Part shown: positions 46,108-55,116 of the stretch, one piece after another
Position numbering within the stretch: the first letter of the stretch is position 1
Layout: the number at the start of each line of letters is the position of its first letter
Origin: a virus
Taxonomy: Duplodnaviria > Caudoviricetes
Length of the DNA: 64,000 nucleotides
Strand: one strand, 5' to 3'
Virus record (IMG/VR): IMGVR_UViG_3300048670_001593
Location: 14,718-78,717 of that record
Translations under genes and position numbers: made by a program
The notes under the pieces: generated by a model
Databases searched by the model: none
The model's input: only the letters and a program-made list of their open reading frames with translations
Told to the model about the DNA's origin: nothing

Positions 46108-47576
46108 GACATAACCTTTACATTATACAACTGCTCAAACCTGTCGGCATCTGCACGGTCATCCACCATGGGCTCACCTCGTATGTTCAGACTGGTATTC
46201 AATAACATGGGACAACCAGTCTGCGCATACCAGGATTCCAACAGTTGTCTGATGCCGCTGCCACAATTTTCAGACACTGTCTGCACTCGACTGGTACCAT
46301 CCACATGTATTATAGCAGGAAATTGCTCAGGATGCCGACATTTGGCTATTACCTGCATGTATGGGCTAGTGGCAAAACCCATTGGCATTTCAAAATAGTC
46401 GTTGGCGTGCTCTTGTAAAATCACCGGGGCAAATGGTCTGAACTTCTGCCGACGTTTGATTTCGTTAACTCTGTCTTTGATTTCAGAACCACGCGGGTCT
46501 GCCAACAGACTTCGATTACCCAGAGCTCTGGGCCCAAATTCTGCTCGACCACTAGCCACGCCCACAATCTGACGGGTCAATAGCTCATTTATCAGACCAT
46601 CAACAGGGTATGGACCAGGAATTTCTGTGCCCAGATAGGGATGTTGCCAGTTGATTCGTCCGCCGTACGCCAATGCTGCTGCACCCAGACTGCTGCCGCA
46701 ATCACCAGGGTTGGGCATGATCCAGATGTTGTCGAAATATTGACCTAACCCTGCGTTTGCTGAACAGTTCAGAGCAACCCCGCCCATGTAAACCAGATTT
46801 GTGCTCCATTTGAAGTCCCTGGCTCGAGACATCACACTGGCCAGACAAGTTTCCAGAGTCTGCTGGGCACTGGCTGCAATATCAAAGTCACTCATGTCTG
46901 GTCGATAATCATCAGCACCAGTATGAAGATTCCGTCGAAATTCCAACGTGTCCGAATTCTGAACGAAATCCGCTAGCATGCTGGGATCAGCAGTTCCATA
47001 GGCCGCCATGCCCATGAGAATGTATTCTTCGTCCAATGGCTTTAATCCTGCACGTTGAGTCATGGCCGAATAGAACAGCCCCAGACTGTGTGGATATTTC
47101 TGACCCCAGAGTTTGTTATATCGGGCTTGACCATCGACGTATTCTGCAGCCCAGATGGTTATGGTATCCCATTCACCAATGGCATCAATCACCACCACTG
47201 TGGCCCGATCGAATGGGCTGGTCTGAAATCCCGCAGCAGCGTGACTCAAATGATGCTGATAAGTCCTGACAGGGACTGAGATTTTGAATCCCAACTGGTC
47301 TGTTATGATTTTTTTGGTACTTAGTTTGCCCCATTCGATGCCTTGCCCGCTGTATAGTTGTCGCAGTTGTTTCAGCCAGGGATTTTCATAGTAGGCAATT
47401 GTGCCTATGGGCCCATGTGCCAACGCAGCCTCTGCTATGTCCTGACAGAGGTCGGCATCGTTTTTTTGTTTGCTGTATCTTTCACTGTGTGCTGCAAATA
47501 GTATGTCACCGGTGCTGCCATCAACTACTGCAGCACCTGCATCATGAAATCCAGCCGAGATTCCTAATATGTTCAT
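46104..47576 (-). CDS. Carbamoyltransferase (NodU/CmcH/TobZ family)
   Basis: GISAGFHD, HHLSHAA, DAIGE, MGMAAYG, GGVALNC, GDCG, EFGPRALGNRS, RQKFRPFAP, LLNTSLN. Confidence 0.93.
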   Translation of the reverse strand: MNILGISAGFHDAGAAVVDGSTGDILFAAHSERYSKQKNDADLCQDIAEAALAHGPIGTIAYYENPWLKQLRQLYSGQGIEWGKLSTKKIITDQLGFKISVPVRTYQHHLSHAAAGFQTSPFDRATVVVIDAIGEWDTITIWAAEYVDGQARYNKLWGQKYPHSLGLFYSAMTQRAGLKPLDEEYILMGMAAYGTADPSMLADFVQNSDTLEFRRNLHTGADDYRPDMSDFDIAASAQQTLETCLASVMSRARDFKWSTNLVYMGGVALNCSANAGLGQYFDNIWIMPNPGDCGSSLGAAALAYGGRINWQHPYLGTEIPGPYPVDGLINELLTRQIVGVASGRAEFGPRALGNRSLLADPRGSEIKDRVNEIKRRQKFRPFAPVILQEHANDYFEMPMGFATSPYMQVIAKCRHPEQFPAIIHVDGTSRVQTVSENCGSGIRQLLESWYAQTGCPMLLNTSLNIRGEPMVDDRADADRFEQLYNVKVMS

Positions 47577-48207
47577 ATACCTTATCAGCCACTAACTCAT
47601 GGCCCTTGTCTAAGAAATGCCCATTTGGCCCTTTGGGACACTTGGCAGCATCAGTCCATTCCACCATGCCACTGTGATCAAACCCAATAAAACAGTCTTT
47701 ATCAATTTCTTCAAAATATTTTTGCCAGAAAAACGTTGGACGTCGTCGATAATATTCATTTTCCAGCACATTCATCATAATGTATTTTATGTTTTTGTAT
47801 TTTAAAAAATTCTGCAGCAGAATAACCTGCTCCAGATATCTGACATGATAATACTGTCGGTTGTGATACTGATTAAAATATTTCACCAGGCCCTGGCGCC
47901 AGACTGATCCGTCCTGTTGAAATAAATTTCCGCTGTACCCGGGCCAGACACTATAATGTCCAACGTCATCCGCAAACTCCTGTCGACCCAACATGCTCCA
48001 GCCAATGACTACCAAGTCAATTTGATCAGACCGAGTTAGGAGGTATTCCAGAAGCCTACGAATTATGCTATCATTGCTGCTGGCCGGTTCACCAAGATTT
48101 ATTACTGCATAGCCGAGCTTTTCGCCCAGTCGATTGGGCCAGGACTTATTTAAATCAGGTAGTTCTTCCCCGTAGGTAAAACTATCACCAATGGCCAATA
48201 ATTTCAT
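47542..48207 (-). CDS. SGNH/GDSL-like protein
   Basis: AIGDSFTYG, SSNDSIIR, VIGWS...R, GHFLDKGH. Confidence 0.75.
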   Translation of the reverse strand: MKLLAIGDSFTYGEELPDLNKSWPNRLGEKLGYAVINLGEPASSNDSIIRRLLEYLLTRSDQIDLVVIGWSMLGRQEFADDVGHYSVWPGYSGNLFQQDGSVWRQGLVKYFNQYHNRQYYHVRYLEQVILLQNFLKYKNIKYIMMNVLENEYYRRRPTFFWQKYFEEIDKDCFIGFDHSGMVEWTDAAKCPKGPNGHFLDKGHELVADKVYEHIRNLGWIS

Positions 48208-48305
48208 TTGTAAATAAATGGATCTCGTTTACGAAGTTCTTTTAGTCTTTTTCTGTAACGAATTTCCAACATAACACGATCATAAATTTTTCGTAACCAA
48301 TTCAT
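48204..48305 (-). CDS. 33-aa basic peptide, absent from the ORF track
   Basis: MNWLRKIYDRVMLEIRYRKRLKELRKRDPFIYK*; fills the gap and its stop overlaps the next ATG (ATGA). Confidence 0.65.
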   Translation of the reverse strand: MNWLRKIYDRVMLEIRYRKRLKELRKRDPFIYK

Positions 48306-49101
48306 TGAATTTCTCCTGGATTAATTTGACGGCATCTGCATGTGCTGCCTCAAGCGGGTGTGTGGTGCCCATGGGGTATTTATTTTCTGTCGCCCAGTGG
48401 AAAAATCCTTTGGGTTCCTGAGTCAGACTAACCGACGTTGCTGGAAAGAAAAACCAACGATCCCAGTCAATCAGTTGATATAAATCAGATAGCCAGGAAT
48501 CCTGAGTCCTAATATAATTTTCATGTTGATAAAATGTATTACCGGCTGTCAGGAAAATGTAGGGAATCCCATTCAGTTTTAGATAGTCCTGCATGAAAAT
48601 AAATTCCCTAAAACTGGAATACATTTCATAATATTCACTGTCGCCCACATGCTTGTAAAATACTGATGCGAAATCCGCAACCCCAGTGCTTCTGGCAGTT
48701 AATATATTTTCCAACTGCTGATATTCGATACCTGAATTGGGAGTAAAATAACTATCAGAAATTTTCTTTAAGTCTGATTCAATGGTCCAGGGGTTTATGC
48801 TATACCAGGGACTATTTCGTTGACGTGTCTGATAATTAAATCTAAATTCGTATCTGGAAACAAAACTCCACATTATTAATACAGCGAATTTCTTTCCCTG
48901 CTGTTGTAGTTCCTGACATTTCCTCAGAGTCATTCTGGAAATGGCCGAATTGGCATTGCCTGGAAAGGCAGTTGATACATAATCCAGCCCAGCCAGTCTG
49001 GCCAGTTGGGCAGGGAACGTCTGCCCACTGGGAGATTGATCGTTTTGATCAGATAACTCTGACCCAAAGATCAGACTATCACCCCCGGCTACTAAAATCA
49101 T
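48280..49101 (-). CDS. SGNH/GDSL-like protein
   Basis: AGGDSLIFG, GNANSAISR, IMWSFVSR, THPLEAAH. Confidence 0.75.
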   Translation of the reverse strand: MILVAGGDSLIFGSELSDQNDQSPSGQTFPAQLARLAGLDYVSTAFPGNANSAISRMTLRKCQELQQQGKKFAVLIMWSFVSRYEFRFNYQTRQRNSPWYSINPWTIESDLKKISDSYFTPNSGIEYQQLENILTARSTGVADFASVFYKHVGDSEYYEMYSSFREFIFMQDYLKLNGIPYIFLTAGNTFYQHENYIRTQDSWLSDLYQLIDWDRWFFFPATSVSLTQEPKGFFHWATENKYPMGTTHPLEAAHADAVKLIQEKFNELVTKNL

Positions 49102-50233
49102 ATCCTGCCTTCATTGAATCAATCTGTTGCTGTTGATAATCATCATCTGACCAGCAATAGTCAAATTTACCATATGTTCCAATGACTTCTATTTGATAGA
49201 TATCCAGATATTTTCCCAATATTTTTCTAATTTCTATTGGATTGTCGGTACCAAAGCTTCTGATCAAATCAACCCGCCCAATGGGCAAATACCCCAGACT
49301 TAAATTAACGTCCGCAGGATCTCGATTATTATCCCTCAGCCATTGGCGGAACTGATCCTGTTCCTGATCATGCCATTTAAGACCTTGCCCATAGATGACA
49401 TCATTGCCCCATTCAACATCAAACTCGCCACTATAGTATTTGAGCTCAGTGATGGCCTCACAAATTGTGTCAGTCAGACTGGGGGCATGCTCGTCACGAA
49501 AGACTTCAAACAGAGTTTTTCCAATCTGTGTCCAATGCATATACACTCTGCCAAATTCTCGATCATATCCATTGGTCAAAAATAACTGTCTATGCTCGGA
49601 TTTCAGATCGTATCGTTGAGCTTGCAAAAATGTAGTGATTTGACTGGGCCGAACCCATTCTGGCAACATTACAGCTTTTCTCTGACTTAGAATTAAAGTC
49701 TCTAATTCATGACAAAGATTATTGAGCTGACGTATGGCATACTTGGTATTATAGTCAGCCAACTTATAATACTCACTAAGATTCCAAACTGTTCCTTGTA
49801 ATGTCTCAAAATGATTGTGTAATTGATTCATTACACCATGTTTGACTCTTAACCCTAGCGCACGCCATTGGCCATCACCAATGGGATATTCATTCCCAAA
49901 TCTTACCACATCTGGGCAAAACCATTCCTCAATTACATAGGACTCCAATCCGGCTGCTTGCCAGATTCCTGTCGCATTAAAATTGTTGATTTGAATAATG
50001 GTCTTGTTGAGTTCTTTGCAAAGATATTCTAAATTTCTGGCAGTGTTGGGAAATCCCATGAAGCAAAAATTTTTTTCCAATGGTCTACCAGACCGCAATA
50101 ATTCTTTAAGTGCAACGACCCAATCCCGAGCCAGTTGGTGATTGTCTGGTGTAATCCAGTAATCCCAGGTTTGTGACTTGTTGACGGGATTTCTTAAAGT
50201 GACTTTAACTGTCAATGGATTCGTACCACTCAT
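49079..50233 (-). CDS. Hypothetical protein embedded in the radical SAM operon
   Basis: 384 aa; LNQLHNHFE and LNNLCHELE His-containing helices; overlaps both neighbours. Confidence 0.7.
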   Translation of the reverse strand: MSGTNPLTVKVTLRNPVNKSQTWDYWITPDNHQLARDWVVALKELLRSGRPLEKNFCFMGFPNTARNLEYLCKELNKTIIQINNFNATGIWQAAGLESYVIEEWFCPDVVRFGNEYPIGDGQWRALGLRVKHGVMNQLHNHFETLQGTVWNLSEYYKLADYNTKYAIRQLNNLCHELETLILSQRKAVMLPEWVRPSQITTFLQAQRYDLKSEHRQLFLTNGYDREFGRVYMHWTQIGKTLFEVFRDEHAPSLTDTICEAITELKYYSGEFDVEWGNDVIYGQGLKWHDQEQDQFRQWLRDNNRDPADVNLSLGYLPIGRVDLIRSFGTDNPIEIRKILGKYLDIYQIEVIGTYGKFDYCWSDDDYQQQQIDSMKAGYDFSSRG

Positions 50234-51509
50234 GAATTTCGGGCCTTGTACTCAAAATGTCTGCTAATGTATATGTATCCTTGCGAATGGTTTCCAATTT
50301 TAAAATTCTAGCCTTGCCTTTACGTAGACCCGCCTCAAACTCATTGGGCCATTGCTCGGCAAATGTGGGTCGAGTTTTGAGTTGAATTAGTACATCCCGT
50401 AATGCTCCCTGGGTCTCGAGCAGTAATTCATCTATCCAAGTATGCAAGATATCTCGAGGCAGAGACAGAGGTGAAAGCAGGATATCTGGACCAAAGCTAA
50501 ACACCACTTTGGCCAGGATATCCACACCCAGTTCATCAGCCAACTTTTGAATATTCGCTATTTCAAACATACCCGGCAGGGTAAGTGTGAAATCAATTCT
50601 CATCTGACGACGATGCGTAGCGACTCGAACACCAGCCTTAAAGTTTTCAAGCCACGTTGCATAATCGAGACCTGTTCGTATATACTCTCCAACTCGGCCC
50701 GTACCATCGATGCTTGCACATATTTGCCAGTCGCGTAGCCCAGCCAAAATATCATTATAGAGATTGATGCCGCGATAATTGATGCGACTAAGGTTTGTGT
50801 TGTATCTAGCGTAAACATTTTTACCATCTCCCAGTTCAACAATGCGCCGCATATAGCGCCAGTGCTGTTCGTACATCAGAGGCTCACCGCCTACCCAATA
50901 TACCTCCTCAACTTGATGGTTCTCAACTGCTTGAGCGAACTCTTGTTCAATCTGTGTTTCTTGAAACTGTTCGATTTGCTTTTTTATTTCTGGTCGTTGC
51001 CAATTGTTTTTTGGATCTAACCAGTTGACCATGTCATGCTGCCGTTGTTCGGTTTCCCAGGCACTGCTCAACATGTCGCCGCACGTACGGCATTTGAAGT
51101 TGCAGAGATTACTGAAACGATAATCCCAGCTGACAGGTTGCATGGTGGTATACCCCGATTCATCTGTGGTTTCCCATATGCTATTGTACTTATGTCCGAA
51201 CAACTGATTAAAATAGCTGCGGTATACGTCGGTATTTAGTAGCTTATTATTGCAGACTTCACACTCAGGCAATGTTTCTCCGGCCATCATGCGACGTCGG
51301 ACCGATCTCATATGCTCTGAATTCCAGTGTTGTTCCAGAGTCAAGGGAATATACTGACCAGTGCCGGCTTGGGTATCAATATACTGTTGAAAATTTTGTG
51401 CTGGTTCACGTGACGCGCAGCACATGCGCCGTTCTGTCTGCGGACTCAGATAGGTGTGCGTCCAGGGGGCCATGCATAGAGTTTCGGGTTTATCTTTGGG
51501 AATTGTCAT
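50205..51509 (-). CDS. Radical SAM/SPASM protein
   Basis: CMAPW...CC...CEVC; CNFKCRTC; VGGEPL. Confidence 0.88.
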   Translation of the reverse strand: MTIPKDKPETLCMAPWTHTYLSPQTERRMCCASREPAQNFQQYIDTQAGTGQYIPLTLEQHWNSEHMRSVRRRMMAGETLPECEVCNNKLLNTDVYRSYFNQLFGHKYNSIWETTDESGYTTMQPVSWDYRFSNLCNFKCRTCGDMLSSAWETEQRQHDMVNWLDPKNNWQRPEIKKQIEQFQETQIEQEFAQAVENHQVEEVYWVGGEPLMYEQHWRYMRRIVELGDGKNVYARYNTNLSRINYRGINLYNDILAGLRDWQICASIDGTGRVGEYIRTGLDYATWLENFKAGVRVATHRRQMRIDFTLTLPGMFEIANIQKLADELGVDILAKVVFSFGPDILLSPLSLPRDILHTWIDELLLETQGALRDVLIQLKTRPTFAEQWPNEFEAGLRKGKARILKLETIRKDTYTLADILSTRPEIHEWYESIDS

Positions 51510-51516
51510 TTTTACT

Positions 51517-52587
51517 TCAAAAGTCCACGTGCGGCCAATTTGGAAAGACCTGATGGAATGTCAATTTACTTGCTGAATCTTCTAATTTCATTGCCTCCAA
51601 AAACTTCTGAGACAAAATGTTATCTGTATTGCTTGTCGCAATCATGGTTTCGATTTCTTTCCTCAACGGATGGTCAACTGCATGTTGTTCCCAATGAGTT
51701 TTCTGTGATTGGGTCAAAGTATCTAGTGAAAGATAGGGAATATTTCTTACTGGGGAGAATATAAATCTTATGTCTTTATCTTCAGGCAATTCTTTTATCC
51801 ATTCAATAAACTCATTGAAACCCCATACACTAACGCATGAGACCACATAGTTAATTACAATATATCTACTAATAGTGATCCATTTTTTTGAAATGTCGGA
51901 CACTTGTTTCCATTGTAGTGGCCTTCTCTGATATTCAAACCATTTTCCTGCTCCATCGATGCTCAAAGTAACCATTATCTGTTTAAATTGTTGCATTATA
52001 TCAATTAACTCATCATCCAGAATGCTGGCATTGGTGTTAAGCCCAATAGTAATTTCACCAGATCTGCCAGATTCAATTAATTGACGCAATATCTTCTTCG
52101 TTAATGGCGAATGTGTAGGTTCACCACCTATCAATTTTAACATTCGAAGATTTGGATATTTAGAAAAATCCACTTCATGTTGAAAATGTTCTTGCATGTT
52201 TTCAACATAAAAAAATTTATTATACTTTTTTGCCCACATATTTCTACTGCTAGAAGCATATTTGCACATTATACATTGTGCATTGCACGTAGTACCTAAT
52301 TGTATGTCAATAGATTCAATACTGTCAACCGGTAATCCAACATCGAAAAATTTAGATTCGCTCACAAGATCTAAAAAATCATTTCTGGGACTGTGTAAAT
52401 TATTTTTTTCTAAATTAAAACAGGTCGAACAGGCCTTTGGTTGTGTGTTCTGCAAGAAATCTGCTTTTACTGTATCAAGACTGTCCTGATGCCCGTAATT
52501 AATGAAACAGCATGGAGTTACCTTTCCTGATACCTGATGAAATTCACTGACCCAAGGCGCGGGACATAAGTTGTATAAATTTTCCAT
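51517..52587 (-). CDS. Radical SAM/SPASM protein
   Basis: CPAPW...PCC...CSTC; CNAQCIMC; IGGEP. Confidence 0.85.
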   Translation of the reverse strand: MENLYNLCPAPWVSEFHQVSGKVTPCCFINYGHQDSLDTVKADFLQNTQPKACSTCFNLEKNNLHSPRNDFLDLVSESKFFDVGLPVDSIESIDIQLGTTCNAQCIMCKYASSSRNMWAKKYNKFFYVENMQEHFQHEVDFSKYPNLRMLKLIGGEPTHSPLTKKILRQLIESGRSGEITIGLNTNASILDDELIDIMQQFKQIMVTLSIDGAGKWFEYQRRPLQWKQVSDISKKWITISRYIVINYVVSCVSVWGFNEFIEWIKELPEDKDIRFIFSPVRNIPYLSLDTLTQSQKTHWEQHAVDHPLRKEIETMIATSNTDNILSQKFLEAMKLEDSASKLTFHQVFPNWPHVDF

Positions 52588-53783
52588 TAATACCCCATGG
52601 CTCTGGCAATTTCTGGGTGTGTTTCAGCGAAGCTTTGCTCTCTATACTGATCAGCTAATTGCATACGGTTAACAAATTCCCGACCGTCACTGCCCTGACC
52701 ATTGCGAATGAACTGAACAATGCGCTCAATTTCGGCACGATATCGGGTGTGAAACTTGTGATTGGTCAATCGTTCAATCACCAACTGTTGTGTTGCGGGT
52801 GTCATGCGACCAATATTCATATGCCAGGGGTCGTGCAGCATATTAAAATATACATGGTCAAATGTTTGTGTATCAGTCCAGTCACAAATTTCTGGCAGAT
52901 AATAAACATTCTGCACATTCATAGTAGTACAGAGTTGTGTGGTAATTTTCTTGCTGCGCATGGCCGAAAACTTATCTAAATTTTCCTGCACTTCTGACCA
53001 ATCAGCACCATAACGTTCCAGCTCGAATCTCTCGCCAACGTTGTCTATGCTGAAAGCAATTTCCACACGATTGAACTTGTTCCATAACTCAGCAGCGTCA
53101 GGAAACACAGTGCCATTGGTGTTGTAATGAATATCAATGTGCTGACTGTGCCCGTGTTTGGCAGCATATTCCAACAAATCAAAATGCTGTTGTATCAGGA
53201 AAGGCTCTCCACCAGTGAACTCAAAATATCTGATGTTGGGCAACAGACTTTTTAAATTTTCCCAGAAATCAGGACTTTCTCTGGGCCAAGCGCCCTGCTG
53301 CAAAAACTTATAAGCCAGATGATCTTTTCTGTTCACAAGACCTGGCACATAATCAATCTCTTCCTGAACCCATTTGCTGCTGCTCCAACTGCCGCAAATT
53401 CGGCATTTGAGATTGCAAATATTGCCCAATTTAAGATCAATAAACCACAGTTGATCAGGTCTGGTGTTGGACCAATCCACCTGATCGTAATACTCTTTGA
53501 GTCTGACACGGCTGTTCATTCGCTTGCTGGTGCGGCCGGCTGCTTCCTCTTCCCAGCAACGACTACAAGTTTTGGGTCTTTGCCCCAGCAAAAATTCTTG
53601 TCTGAGATTTTGCATGTACTCGCTCTGATAAATCTCTTCCAGATTATTCTGTTTGAGCAAATACTTTTCACCATTGGGTTTGGTTATTTCATCTTTGGCC
53701 AAACAGCAGGGACGAACTGTTCCAACAGGACTAGTTTCAATACTAATCCAGGGCAATATACAAATACTATCAGGTAATGTCAT
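52587..53783 (-). CDS. Radical SAM/SPASM protein
   Basis: CILPW...PCC...CSRC; CNLKCRIC; TGGEPF. Confidence 0.88.
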   Translation of the reverse strand: MTLPDSICILPWISIETSPVGTVRPCCLAKDEITKPNGEKYLLKQNNLEEIYQSEYMQNLRQEFLLGQRPKTCSRCWEEEAAGRTSKRMNSRVRLKEYYDQVDWSNTRPDQLWFIDLKLGNICNLKCRICGSWSSSKWVQEEIDYVPGLVNRKDHLAYKFLQQGAWPRESPDFWENLKSLLPNIRYFEFTGGEPFLIQQHFDLLEYAAKHGHSQHIDIHYNTNGTVFPDAAELWNKFNRVEIAFSIDNVGERFELERYGADWSEVQENLDKFSAMRSKKITTQLCTTMNVQNVYYLPEICDWTDTQTFDHVYFNMLHDPWHMNIGRMTPATQQLVIERLTNHKFHTRYRAEIERIVQFIRNGQGSDGREFVNRMQLADQYREQSFAETHPEIARAMGY

Positions 53784-55116
53784 GTGGCAATACACTCAGT
53801 TCAGTAAATACTTGCCAGAAATTTTCCTTTCTGACTTGATCCAATTTGGCAGTCTCTGCAACAAATTTATCCCAGTGTTGGCTGTTGTCCTTGGCCATCA
53901 TAAAGTTGATGGCGCTGGCAAATCCGTTGGTGGCGCGCTCCAGTTTATCCTGTGGGCGCAACCATTCCAGATGTTTGCGATACGCTGGTTCAACAACTTC
54001 TCGTTTGAACTGTTCTGGCAATATGTCAATTCTGTACCATTCAGGCCCCTGACAGATGTTGACATTAAAATCCTTGGCCTGGATGAACCCCAACTCAGTC
54101 CATTCACGGTGGAAGTCCAGGACATGTAATACATTGGCTGTGCTAACTGTAGCACTGATATAAAAATCCACGTGAGGAACTTCCGTTAACATGCGTTCAC
54201 GGTTTTCCACCGTTTGCTGCCAATTAGTACCCTTGCGTAGGATTTCTGAACGACTTCCACTAGCATCCAGACTGGCACCAACATTGACAGTCTTGAAATG
54301 CTTCCAGTACTCAAACACGTGTTTATTTTTATATCTAAGCTCACTAAAATTGGTATTGTACATGAGCCTGACATCGGTCTTACCCAACTCGATCAATTTT
54401 TCCAGTAACAGGTAATGCTCTTTCATAATCAGAGGCTCACCACCAGCAAAATAAACTTGTTCCAAATGCGGAATGTGTGGTTGCATTTGCTCCCAGATGT
54501 CCATCTCATGACGACCAGCATACTCTACTGTGGTCATTTCTCTGCCCAACACATCCGGATTTCTATCATAAAGTTTAATGTGATCACTATACCAGTTACT
54601 ACTGAATATTGGTCCGCAGGTCCTGCAACGGAAATTACAAAGGTTACTGAATCTGACATCCCAGTACCTGATATTGAATTCTGGATGCTCACCATCTTCA
54701 CGAGTTTGATCTACTTCTGCAATATGATGTCCATAGTTTCTGTTGGCATCATAGCGCATGCTAAAAAATCCACTTTCTTCTTGCTCATAGCATTTATTGC
54801 ACTGCTTGCTGGGGTGATCATTTAGCATGTTTTTACGCAACTGTTTATAGGCAGACTGGTTCCAAACAGTCACCATGTCGTCTTTGCGTAGATCCCCCAG
54901 GGGGTGCCAGTAATCAGCCAGACAGCAGGGGTAAACACGGCCATCAGGATAGGCATGCATGTGAACCCAAGGTAGCATACAGAATGATTTACTTTCTAAT
55001 AGTAATTCTTTCTGTCGATCAGACAAGGTGTCTAGATCAGAAAAGTATGGTGCTCTGGCCGTGTAACTGTAACCTTTGTTATAAAAGGTTTCGATATCAT
55101 TTTTTTCAGTGCTCAT
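53770..55116 (-). CDS. Radical SAM/SPASM protein
   Basis: CMLPW...PCC...CNKC; CNFRCRTC; AGGEPL. Confidence 0.88.
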   Translation of the reverse strand: MSTEKNDIETFYNKGYSYTARAPYFSDLDTLSDRQKELLLESKSFCMLPWVHMHAYPDGRVYPCCLADYWHPLGDLRKDDMVTVWNQSAYKQLRKNMLNDHPSKQCNKCYEQEESGFFSMRYDANRNYGHHIAEVDQTREDGEHPEFNIRYWDVRFSNLCNFRCRTCGPIFSSNWYSDHIKLYDRNPDVLGREMTTVEYAGRHEMDIWEQMQPHIPHLEQVYFAGGEPLIMKEHYLLLEKLIELGKTDVRLMYNTNFSELRYKNKHVFEYWKHFKTVNVGASLDASGSRSEILRKGTNWQQTVENRERMLTEVPHVDFYISATVSTANVLHVLDFHREWTELGFIQAKDFNVNICQGPEWYRIDILPEQFKREVVEPAYRKHLEWLRPQDKLERATNGFASAINFMMAKDNSQHWDKFVAETAKLDQVRKENFWQVFTELSVLPHDIT

